From the NCBI RefSeq assembly GCF_001194135.2, contig NC_068997.1, positions 39,951,317 to 40,010,367 of the forward strand: 59,051 nt of DNA, in the 5' to 3' direction. Positions 1 to 10,549 of this stretch are shown in pieces. Origin of the DNA: Octopus bimaculoides (lineage: Eukaryota). A program made the translations under genes and the position numbers. The notes under the pieces are model-generated. The model saw nothing but the letters and a program-made list of their open reading frames with translations, was not told the origin of the DNA and made no database searches. How positions within the stretch are numbered: position 1 is the first letter of the stretch; each line of letters starts with the position of its first letter.

Positions 1-5
1 ATATA

Positions 6-398
6 GGCGCAGGAGTGGCTGTGTGGTAAGTAGCTTGCCTACCAACCACATGGTTCTGGGTTCAGTCCCACTGCATGGCACCTTAGGCAAGTGTCTTCTA
101 CTATAGCTTCGGGCCGACCAAAGCCTTATGAGTGGATTTGGTAGACGGAAACTGAAAGAAGCCCGTCATATATATGTATATATATATGTATGTGTGTGTG
201 TGTTTGTCCCCCTACAATCGCTTGACAACCGAAGCTGGTGTGTCTACGTTCCCGTAACTTAGTGGTTCGGCAACAGAGACCGATAGAATAAGTACTAGGC
301 TTACAAAGAAGAAGTCCTGGGGTCGATTTGTTCGACTAAAGGCGGTGCTCCAACATGGCCGCAGTCAAATGACTGAAATAAGTAACAGAGTAAAAGAG
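6..398 (+). mobile_element. SINE family A (tRNA-derived, internal microsatellite), full-length copy
   Basis: Head GGCGCAGGAGTGGCTGTGTGGTAAG, B-box-like GGTTCAGTCCC, CORE-like ACCTTAGGCAAGT segment, central (AT)/(GT) tract and tail AAATGACTGAAATAAGTAACAGAG. Homologous to more than 10 other copies in the window; resembles the described octopus tRNA-SINEs (from memory). Confidence 0.9.
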
Positions 399-420
399 TA
401 TATATATACATATGCGTTCC

Positions 421-572
421 ACGGCCGTCTTTCAGTTTCTGTCTGCCAAATCCACTCAAGGCTTTTATCAGCCCGTAGCTATAGTAGAAAACAGTTGCCC
501 AATGTGCCACGCAGTGGTGCAGAACACAGAATCATGTAGTTGGGAAGCAATCTTCTTACCACACAGCCACGC
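421..572 (-). mobile_element. SINE family A, 5' half only
   Basis: Reverse complement of the head-to-GAAAGAAGCCCGTCG part of the copy at 6-398; ends at an (AT) tract. Confidence 0.85.
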
Positions 573-1989
573 ATATATAAACATAATATATATTTATGTT
601 TATATGCGCGTGAGCACATGTGTGCGGGCGGTATGTAGCGATATATATGGGGGGGGGGGCAAAGCGACGACTCTTTCCTTTTACATTAAACTTTTACTCA
701 GTTCTAATGTATTTGCATTTGTTTTTATTGGTTGTCGAGCGTCAATAATGGTTACGAGTGATTAGATCCCTCTCTACATTCAGTTCATTTATTAAAAAAA
801 AAAAAGACAGGAAAAATATTTCCAATGAACCCATCACATTTCCGATGTGGGCTTGAGCAGAATGAATATTATAAGGACTCATGGTTGTTTGAATGCATTT
901 GTTTAACGCTTTCCTCAATGACGAATGCCTCTTTTGCCGAACTTGAGAAAACCTACTGAATACTTCCTACAAGTTTCCTGCTAGCTGTCCTGGAGTTTTA
1001 ATACACTTAGGTTTGTTCCACATTTGTAGAGAGCTGAGGTATGTCCATCATTGAATTTTATTATTCTGAGGTCAATAAATTGATTATTTGAACTATCGTC
1101 TGCAACAATATGTTTCGTCGAGAGCGTCTTTCTAATATTGAACTGTAGCCTATTTTAACAGCTTTAAATCGATTAAGTTACAAAACAATGATTTTTAACT
1201 GCTTCCATCTAAGCTAACACAAAAACCAAATGTTCAAAGAATAAGTAATTTACTAACACCATCCGCATCAAAAACAATAATGAAGTTATTGATAATACAG
1301 TCAATATTGAGTTATTTATTTTGTAAACTATACTATTCTCCTATGTTAACCAATATGCAATCCAATACATTTACACAGTGTTCGCTTATCTTTTCTTCAG
1401 CGTCTACAATGAAGGATTTGCTTTGCTTATGAGATCTTAATAAGACCGAATCATGTCCATAGATTCCTCTTTACTTGCCGAAATACGAAAGCCAATGACT
1501 ATATTGTTTGTTTAGAAGTTTGAATGCACTATGTAGTGAATATATGAACACTTAGCAATAATACCAATTCATAAAATATATGGCTTGTAATTGGTGATTT
1601 AATAACATTTTACAGATTATCAAAGACAACCGTCGCTGATCAAAGCAACTACTGCTGATGACCATAAATTGCTGATAATGTTAACACTCTGCTGATGTTA
1701 AATAGTACATCAGTGATAATATCTCTCCTTACACTGTAAACGTTTGCCAGTATTTCTCCGTTTCTATTCGATTAATTCTCACTACTGCTAATGTTTCAGT
1801 GCAAATACTGTCCTTCCTTTATTTATTATCATAGCAAACACCCCTCTTTACTATTTACAACTGCTTTACTTTTAGTTGGTGCTTCCATCAGCAGTTTCTG
1901 CCCCTCCTTTCTATTATTGCTCCCTAGTAGTAAATACGTTTTTAATGGGGGATCCAAAAGCTACCAATTGAAAAATTACTTATCGAGCT

Positions 1990-2560
1990 ATCATGAAATA
2001 TTGCATCATACCCACACATTTTTGTATATTTATCCATCCGATACAACAGCTACTATCACTCCTGATTTAAACCAGTTGACAGCCGATGCCACCCTCGTGA
2101 GGTCTATCTCCTCTAACTGCAGTGCACCATTATATAAATCTCAGTATTTTACTGTATGTGATGCATTCGGTCAATGAATACATCATAAGATATAAAATCA
2201 GTATAGTGAAGGAACAAATCAGAATCCTTCAATGATGTCACTTGATTCTCTACAGAGAGTGCTTCATTCAGGCTTGTCTCTAATAAATTTCATGCCTGAT
2301 GATATAAACTTCCTTATGACGGAGTATGTGATACATTTGTGGAATGAAATCACCATCAAATACAAGGCGCTATGGTGATGGGAGAAATCACAGTTCTTAA
2401 ATTATTCCACTTTTTACAGGAAATTTCTATAGAGCAGGTATTCCGGGCTACCAATAGGCAAAGAGAGAAAGTCATGAGGAGAATTGTCTGAAATGTCATA
2501 ATATGAGACCGTACTTGGTAACACCTTAAAAAGTTTTGTCAAACAAATCTGTTCCAGAAC
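1990..2560 (-). mobile_element. Possible highly decayed L1/Tx1-like LINE ORF2 fragment
   Basis: Stop-interrupted minus-strand translation ...FLSLPIGSPEYLL... and ...Y*DLYNGALQLEEIDL..., weakly like the YLGIPIG and GGLGL..D motifs of the RT C-terminal region. Confidence 0.3.
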
Positions 2561-2641
2561 TGATTTTATAGTCTTGTACTTATTCTATCGGAAACTTTTA
2601 CTGAACCGCTATTTACGGGACAAAAAGAAACTTACAAAGAT

Positions 2642-2714
<73 letters not shown>

Positions 2715-2717
2715 CAA

Positions 2718-3020
2718 ATGCAGGTGCATCTGTGTAGTAAGAACTTTGCTTCCTAACCACATGGTACTGGGTTCAGTAAGTTGTTTTTCCTATTGTCTCG
2801 GGCTGACTATAGTCTTGTAGGGGATCTGGTAGATGGAAACTGAAAGAAGCCTGTCGTATGTATGTGTGTGTGTGTGTATGTGTTTTTGTTCGCGCGCGTG
2901 TGTTTGTGTGTCTGTGTTTGTCTCCAGCCAGCATTTGGTAACTGTTATTGGTGTGTTCACGTCCCCTTAACTTACCGGTTCGGCACAAGAAACCGAGAGA
3001 TTACGTACCACGCTTTCAAA
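2718..3020 (+). mobile_element. SINE family A, diverged copy
   Basis: AACCACATGGTACTGGGTTCAGT, GGTAGATGGAAACTGAAAGAAGCCTGTCG, (GT)n and CTTACCGGTTCGGCA segments match family A; preceded by (TA)n(GATA)n. Confidence 0.8.
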
Positions 3021-3910
3021 TAAATAAATAATTAAATAAATAAATAAATAAATGTCTCGATTGTTTTGAATAAAGAATTATGAGTACTGTGCTTGAATGA
3101 CGAAGCGAATAATATATATATATATATANNNNNNNNNNNNNNNNNNNNNNNNNNNNNNNNNNNNNNNNNNNNNNNNNNNNNNNNNNNNNNNNNNNNNNNN
3201 NNNNNNNNNNNNNNNNNNNNNNNNNNNNNNNNNNNNNNNNNNNNNNNNNNNNNNNNNNNNNNNNNNNNNNNNNNNNNNNNNNNNNNNNNNNNNNNNNNNN
3301 NNNNNNNNNNNNNNNNNNNNNNNNNNNNNNNNNNNNNNNNNNNNNNNNNNNNNNNNNNNNNNNNNNNNNNNNNNNNNNNNNNNNNNNNNNNNNNNNNNNN
3401 NNNNNNNNNNNNNNNNNNNNNNNNNNNNNNNNNNNNNNNNNNNNNNNNNNNNNNNNNNNNNNNNNNNNNNNNNNNNNNNNNNNNNNNNNNNNNNNNNNNN
3501 NNNNNNNNNNNNNNNNNNNNNNNNNNNNNNNNNNNNNNNNNNNNNNNNNNNNNNNNNNNNNNNNNNNNNNNNNNNNNNNNNNNNNNNNNNNNNNNNNNNN
3601 NNNNNNNNNNNNNNNNNNNNNNNNNNNNNNNNNNNNNNNNNNNNNNNNNNNNNNNNNNNNNNNNNNNNNNNNNNNNNNNNNNNNNNNNTGAGGATAAGAT
3701 CAATATTTAGAATATCGATTTTATCAAGTGGGAATAAAAGCCATCAAAGGTAATAATTATTTAAATTTATAATTTAGGGTATCTAAGAGACACCACCACG
3801 CTGAAAATAGCAGTCAAATCTTGACTCTAAAGCCACTATAAATGTTCATAAAGCACCAGAAGAGAAGACGAAGAGACAAAATAAGCTAGCAAAAATTACT
3901 GGATTTGGAA

Positions 3911-4680
3911 TTAAAATATAGTGTACATTTAATACACATCAGAGATGCCTATAATAGGACATCTGACCCATTAGAAAGAGCAGCCAAAGCTCTACACCAA
4001 AATTAGTGATAATTTCGAAAGGGAATGAAAAATAAAAACATTGTCCTATTATAGGCATCTCTGATGTGTATTAAATGTACACTGTATTTTAAATGAATAA
4101 TATATAGTCAGTTGACTAATTTTTTTCTCGCTAGACCACCGGTAGCAAATTGAATTTCTAAAATTTTTTTTTTTTTTGCTACCCTGAGATTTATTAATTA
4201 TGATAAAATGTTTTTTGGCTAATTTCTGAAAAAATCAGCATTTTTTTGTATTTTATGCCGATAAGGTATACCGCACATGCGCGGTAATTTTTGAAAAATT
4301 AAACATATATGCACAAGTTATGTTTTCTATGTAGTGCTTCGCTTGTATATGTTAATCTAGGCTATTCCGCTGATGGTAGTTGGCCTTGCAAAATAATTTG
4401 CTTTGCTAAAATAACTTGAAACCTGGTTCGGAATATAGATGGGAAATGTTTTTATTTTTCATTCCATTTCGAAATTATCCCTAATTGTGGTGTAGAGCTT
4501 TGGCTGCTCTTTCTAGCGGGGCAGATTTACTATTATAGGCATCTCTGATGTGCATTAAATGTACACAGTATTTTAAATGAATAATATATAGTCTGTTGAC
4601 TAATTTTTTCTCGCTAGACCACCGTTAGTAAATTGAATTTCTAAATTTTTTTTTTTGGTACCCTGAGATTTATTAATTAT
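3911..4680. repeat. Composite inverted and direct repeat (Y'X'-YZ-spacer-XYZ)
   Basis: 3911-3960 is the reverse complement of 4043-4092 (49/50). 3911-4042 is the reverse complement of about 4445-4575. 4043-4201 is repeated directly at about 4527-4680. Confidence 0.9.
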
Positions 4681-4695
4681 ATATAATTATATGTA

Positions 4696-5160
4696 CAGGA
4701 TGTCCCAAAAGTCATTGATGGGTTTCAACTTTTAATAACTTCCTTAACTTAAAAGATATATACATGAAATTTTGATACAATATAAAGAACGTAATGGACA
4801 GTAATATGTACAAGACAAATTATACATCTCTACATAACACGTGAAAAATGACATCGCTTAAAAGGCAGCCATTTTCGGTTTTGCCCTTTCTCTCTTCAAA
4901 CCTTGTGCCATAACACCCTCAAGAGTTTCAGACCCCACTTCTCTGATTTCTCTATTGATGTTCTCCTTCAGTTGCACCAGGGTCTCAGGTTTGTTGATGT
5001 AAACCCTGTCTTTCAGGTATCCCCACAAGTAATAATCCGGATTAGTCAAGCCTGGGGTGCATGAAGGCCAGTTGACATTGCCGTAGCGGGAGATTATTCT
5101 CTCTCCAAAGCACTGCTGTAGTAACTCAATTGTTTCTCTTGCGGTATGAGCAGTTGCTGG
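4696..5160 (-). mobile_element. Tc1/mariner-superfamily transposon 3' fragment (maT/rosa-like motifs)
   Basis: Minus-strand translation ATAHTARETIELLQQCFGERIISRYGNVNWPSCTPGLTNPDYYLWGYLKDRVYINKPETLVQLKENI matches the WPPRSPDLTPLDxxLWGYLK transposase motif. TIR-like end TA|CAGGATGTCCCAAAAGT at 4694-4712. Confidence 0.85.
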
Positions 5161-5174
5161 CCTTCATGCTCCCC

Positions 5175-5272
5175 AGGCTTACAAACAATAAATCCTGGGG
5201 TCGATTTGCTCGACTAAAGACGGTACTCCAGCATGGCTGCAGTAAAACGACTGAAACAAGTAAAATAAAAGA
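5175..5272 (+). mobile_element. SINE family A, 3' tail fragment
   Basis: AGGCTTACAAACAATAAATCCTGGGGTCGATTTGCTCGACTAAAG...GAAACAAGTAAAATAAAAGA matches 296-398. Confidence 0.85.
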
Positions 5273-5303
5273 ATATATATATATATATATATATATATGT
5301 ATA

Positions 5304-5406
5304 CGACAGGCTTCTTCCAGTTTCCGTCTACCAAATCTACCCACAAGGCTTTGGTCGGCCCGTGGCTATAGTAGAAGACACTTGCCCAAGATGCCACGCA
5401 GTGGGA
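5304..5406 (-). mobile_element. SINE family A, 5'-half fragment
   Basis: CGACAGGCTTCTTCCAGTTTCCGTCTACCAAATC...GACACTTGCCCAAGATGCCACGCAGTGGGA is the reverse complement of the family A 5' half. Confidence 0.85.
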
Positions 5407-5648
5407 TATACTGAAGCAGTTGTAAACATAATCTCATCGTTATTAAATGACTTTAAAATACCAAAGATCTACTTCTAACTGTTATTATTGCTCAATTTCT
5501 TATCTTTATTTATACATATTAAACCACTGTTTTACCTTTTAAATTACCTACTACCGTATACCTTATAACAAGGACCATACATACTGAGGTAATACCAAGA
5601 GTGCCTTTGGATACATCTATCCCTTAGATAGTTACATTACCTCTGACT

Positions 5649-5689
<41 letters not shown>

Positions 5690-5777
5690 CTACACATACC
5701 AGATACACACACATTATATTATATATGTGTGTGTGCTTATATATATGTGCGTAATACATACACATATATGAATATGA

Positions 5778-5808
<31 letters not shown>

Positions 5809-5878
5809 AAGTGAAGTATATTTGCCACTTAAATGTGGCTGACCCCGAGGGGTGGAGATTCAGACATTTAACATTGCT

Positions 5879-5940
<62 letters not shown>

Positions 5941-6576
5941 TATACATACATTCACACANNNNNNNNNNNNNNNNNNNNNNNNNNNNNNNNNNNNNNNNNN
6001 NNNNNNNNNNNNNNNNNNNNNNNNNNNNNNNNNNNNNNNNNNNNNNNNNNNNNNNNNNNNNNNNNNNNNNNNNNNNNNNNNNNNNNNNNNNNNNNNNNNN
6101 NNNNNNNNNNNNNNNNNNNNNNNNNNNNNNNNNNNNNNNNNNNNNNNNNNNNNNNNNNNNNNNNNNNNNNNNNNNNNNNNNNNNNNNNNNNNNNNNNNNN
6201 NNNNNNNNNNNNNNNNNNNNNNNNNNNNNNNNNNNNNNNNNNNNNNNNNNNNNNNNNNNNNNNNNNNNNNNNNNNNNNNNNNNNNNNNNNNNNNNNNNNN
6301 NNNNNNNNNNNNNNNNNNNNNNNNNNNNNNNNNNNNNNNNNNNNNNNNNNNNNNNNNNNNNNNNNNNNNNNNNNNNNNNNNNNNNNNNNNNNNNNNNNNN
6401 NNNNNNNNNNNNNNNNNNNNNNNNNNNNNNNNNNNNNNNNNNNNNNNNNNNNNNNNNNNNNNNNNNNNNNNNNNNNNNNNNNNNNNNNNNNNNNNNNNNN
6501 NNNNNNNNNNNNNNNNNNNNNNNNNNNNNNNNNNNNNNNNNNNNNNNNNNNNNNNNNNNNNNNNNNNNNNNNNNNN

Positions 6577-7350
6577 TTACCATCCCTGTTGTATTTTTGC
6601 GAAACATGGAATTGTTATGAAAGGCATTTTAAATTGTTAGAACTATTCCACCAAAAATGCCTTCATCGCATTTTAAACATTAAATGGAGTTCTTTTACCC
6701 CAAACACAGATGTTATAGCATCTACAGGCATCACTTCAATTAAGACTATGATTTTAAGGAACCAAATGAGATGGTGTGGCTATATTATTCGAATGGCGGA
6801 TAAACGCATACCAAAACAGCCGTTTTATGGTGAGCTTGCCGAGGAGAAAAGATTTAAGGATGGCATAAGGACTACTATGAAGTCACTTAGAATGGATCCA
6901 GAAGACATAGAAAACTTTGCTTCGGATCGAGTTGGATGGCGAACAAAAGTGTGGAATGGAGTGAAAACATTTGAAGAGATCACTATAACGCATATAAGAC
7001 TCAAAAGAGATCTAAGGAAGAATGCTACCATCGAGAAAGTGAATGACGACCTTTCTGTGTGTACAGTATGTGAGAGACCATGTCTTTCTTTTGATGGGCT
7101 CAAATCTCATTTGCGAACCCATGGAAAACGAACCTCCACCAACTATTCTGCCTATATATATGCGCATACCCTTGAATGCAGTGTATACCAGAAGGTTTGC
7201 AAATCTACAGGAGGCCTCAAAAGACATTTTGCGATCCACAAAGATCACAACTTATCTGCAGCTTTTGGTGGTCCAAATCGGATGTGCAATCTATGTGGGT
7301 GTCTTTTCAGAACATTGTCTGGTTTAAAAAGTCACGTCAGACGCCATGAT
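6577..7350 (+). mobile_element. RTE-clade LINE ORF2 3' end (RT thumb region plus three C2H2 zinc fingers)
   Basis: Open frame LLYFCETWNCYERHFKLLELFHQKCLHRILNIKW...LRNQMRWCGYIIRMADKRIPKQPFYGELAE matches the RTE/BovB-type RT C-terminus. Fingers at 7060-7122, 7177-7239 (Cys2 to Tyr) and 7285-7347. The 5' side is lost in an N gap. Confidence 0.9.
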
Positions 7351-8239
7351 GGTACTAATATATATATAATATGTATATATATTATGTATATAATATACAT
7401 ATAATATATATATATATATATGCCTGTATGGTCTGGCTAATTCAAAATGGTGTTTTGTATTCCTCCTTTCTACTTGCAGAGTTTAGATTTAATTATAAAA
7501 ATATGTCCTTCTGTTTAACTGTAATTTCATTAAATTTCTATATCTTTGTACAGCTGAAGATTGCTCTACATTTTATATTTGGTGTAATGTTTACATTGCT
7601 CAATTAAATGGAGTCGCATGAAACGATCGTACTGCATTAACTTAGGATATTCTTGTTGCTTATTTTGATTTATATATACATATAAAGAAGCATTAGTTAT
7701 AGAACAAACATTAACTTTGGGTGAACGACTTTACGTACAATACCCCCTCCCCAAACATTTAATCATATATAAAAATCACGAAGGTTTTCAAACACATAAA
7801 ATAATACATATACATAAAATCACAGAAGGTAAAAAATATAATCGAATAAAATCCAAATAGAACGGCCTATGAAAAAGTTAAATATATACGACTAAAAATT
7901 CATAAACTACTGAAAAACCTAATAAACAAATATAAAATATATAAAGATAAAAATAAAATAAAATAAATGTCCACCGACTAAAAGAGTTTTACCTGACGAT
8001 TAAAATATTAAATTTACAAAACGATTTTTTTTAATATTTCAAAAAAGTCTTATACTTCTCTCACACAAGTACGTCCAAAGTTCATGAGTAAACAGACTTG
8101 CGCAGGTCAAATTCACATACATCTTGGAAAAAGTATTTTACTCCCCTCATGCAAGTACATCCAAAAGTTCATAATAAACAGACTCTACAAGTCAAATTCA
8201 ACATTCACATATATCTATGACCATATCAAATCTAAAATC

Positions 8240-9270
8240 TCATATGTACCTTAACACGAGTTTTAAAAACAAGATGGCTGGTCTACCACCTGACCATGTC
8301 ACAGTTGGTCGGGAATAATGCAATAGATTACCTGATTACAACCAAAACAAGCCATTGGTTAGAAACGTATCTAATGAGGTTAGGAATAGGTATAAGAAGC
8401 GAAATAGTGGTAGTAGGTATATAAGTAAAACCAAGAGCTCACGTTCTAGAATGAGGGAATTAATATGGTTTACGCCCCCTTTTTCTCTTAGAGTAAGAAA
8501 TTTGCCCAAGATGTTTTTTTAGGATTCTGGAGGAGAACTTCCCAAAGGGTCATAAATACTACAGCCGTTGCTATAAGTCTTCTATCAAGTTCTCTTACTC
8601 AGTAATACTAAATTTAGCCTCCATTATTGCATATATAAATTGAAGCAAGTTAAATGGGCAAGGGCACTGGAGATGTTTTTCTGATGGAAACCCCGGTTCT
8701 GGACAGGTAAGTTCTGATACGCCTAAGGTTAGTGATGCCAACATTTTGCTCCCACCGGGTGTATTCAAGCCCAGCAATGCGAGATGTGAAGGAGTGAATG
8801 CAGGAAACCTGACAAGTACTGTTAGTAGTAGAAATAAGGTTAGGGAAATCATGTAATTGTCGAAACCCTGGATTATGTCCCCTTGATGGGTTCTGTCTAA
8901 TTACTAATGAAATTTATAAGTGCGTTGTTAAGAATGGGGATAATTTAGATAAGTTTTATATAGCTAGTACAGTAAATTTTAAGGTTAGGTATAGGGCCCA
9001 CATGAGCTCATTTCAAACGAAAAATGCTGTAGCGCTACCACACTCGCATCTTATATACACGATCTTAAGAGGAATAAGAGGAATAATAAGAGTTATTTTC
9101 TGGAATGGTCCGTTATTTAGAGAATCCCTTCAGAGTAAATGTAAATAAGTGTAAGTTCTATGCAAAAGAATCCCTTGCGATCCTTAAGTCATTTGGGCCA
9201 AACATTTTGAATAAATTTACTGAGGTGATCCCTTTTTACAACCATAGGCTTTCGTCCATCTTTTGAAAGT
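8240..9270 (+). pseudogene. Penelope-like ORF remnant: RT C-terminal linker plus GIY-YIG endonuclease
   Basis: RELIWFTPPFSLRVRNLPKMFFRILEENFPKGHKYY; SIKFSYSVILNLASII; SCNCRNPGLCPLDGFCLITNEIYKCVVKNGDNLDKFYIASTVNFKVRYRAHMSSF; ATTLASYIHDLKRN; NILNKFTEVI. These are canonical PLE motifs (IWFNPPF, CNC..CPL.G.CL, IY..YIG, NK..E) broken by stops and frameshifts. Confidence 0.9.
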
Positions 9271-9460
9271 ATATATTAATAAAAGTAGATGTAATAAAAT
9301 TGTTTAACGTTACGGAGATGTGAAACTGGTGAGGTTAAATATCTGTTAACTACAGTCGTCCTTGTTTTGATAGGTTTTTCTTTTAAATTATGTAAGCTTT
9401 TCATGAAAAGTATAAGCTTTTCATTAAAAAGTCTTGATCTGTGCGTGTCCTGTTTTCTGT

Positions 9461-9543
9461 TTATCCTGATGAGAGGGTCATCACCGTGATGCACTTTAGT
9501 ATAAAAGAACTGCTGTGGTGAGCCCCCGAAATGGCCATGGATA
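9461..9543 (+). ncRNA. Type I hammerhead ribozyme-like motif in the PLE 3' region (G at the cleavage position)
   Basis: TATC-CTGATGA(9466-72)-GAGGGTCATCAC...GTGGTGAGCCCCC (stem II, about 11 bp)-GAAA(9528-31)-TGGCCA (palindromic stem III)-T-G-GATA (stem I partner). Minimal hammerheads with palindromic stem III are an established PLE feature. Confidence 0.7.
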
Positions 9544-10023
9544 TATATGTGAATGTTGAATTTGACTTGTGGAGTCTGTTTATTATGAACTTTTGGATGT
9601 ACTTGTGTGAGAGAAGTATAAGACTTTTTTCAAATATTAAAACTTTTTTTTATTTTTTGTAAATTTAATATTTTAATCGTCTGATAAAACTCTTTTAGTC
9701 GGTGGACATTTATTTTATTTTATTTTTATCTTTATACATTTATATATTTTAGTCGTATATATTTAACTTTTTGATAGGCCGTTCTATTTGTGTTTTATTC
9801 GATCAGATATTTTTACCTATGGTGATTTTATGTATATCTATTATTTTTTATGTGTTGGAAAACCTTGGTGATTTTTATATATGATTAAATGTTTGAGGTG
9901 TGCAGTTGTATATTAAGTCGTTGACCCAAATTTAATGTTTGTTCTATAACCAATGCTTCTTTATCTTCGTCTCCTATTTGAGCACTTTTGTATCTATAAA
10001 AAAAGACAAATATTAATTCTTGT

Positions 10024-10063
<40 letters not shown>

Positions 10064-10179
10064 TGTATGTATATATACATACATATATATATATATATCA
10101 TAGATGAGAATGAAATATTCTCCATATAGAATACACTTAGTAGTGCTCAAGAGATTTAGACTTGAGCGTGTAGAAAGGA

Positions 10180-10508
10180 AAATGTAAGGATAAGCGAGTT
10201 AGGCAGGTCAATATACAAAGTATATTAAATACAAGAGATACAAAAAAATGTGTGTATGATTACGTACAAAAAGGTTCAACTTACACAGAATAGAAATGAT
10301 ATCAAGGATTAAAGGGGTTGAAGAAAAGTATCACACATCCTACAGCTGTTTCTGGATGCTTGGTGTTCCAAAATAATGTTTGCAGATTGATTCCATCGTT
10401 GGATGAGGTGAGCCTCGGTATTCGAAGAAGAGATCATACATTTTAGGTGTTGACGGGCTACATCCGACGATATATATTGACCTGCCTAACTTGCTTATCC
10501 TTACATTT
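10180..10508. mobile_element. MITE-like or PLE-derived element with 36-bp terminal inverted repeats
   Basis: 10180-10215 AAATGTAAGGATAAGCGAGTTAGGCAGGTCAATATA is the reverse complement of 10473-10508 (35/36). Confidence 0.7.
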
Positions 10509-10549
10509 ACTTCCCTGTCTGCTTATATATATGTATACGAGCACATAAA

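Larger units (their letters stand above)
7682..9964 (+). mobile_element. Penelope-like element: inverted 3' arm plus 5'-truncated ORF plus 3' pLTR
   Basis: 7682-8227 is an inverted, diverged copy of about 9528-9964; a PLE ORF remnant lies between the arms. Confidence 0.85.

Noticed and set aside
2420-2437. 18-nt + strand micro-exon (TTTTTACAG|GAAATTTCTATAGAGCAG|GTATTC)
   Set aside because: The donor is mediocre and it overlaps a probable decayed minus-strand LINE; not supportable without RNA data.
7060-7347. Host C2H2 zinc-finger gene
   Set aside because: The fingers are in frame with an RTE RT C-terminus and lack TGEKP linkers, so they are treated as LINE-encoded.
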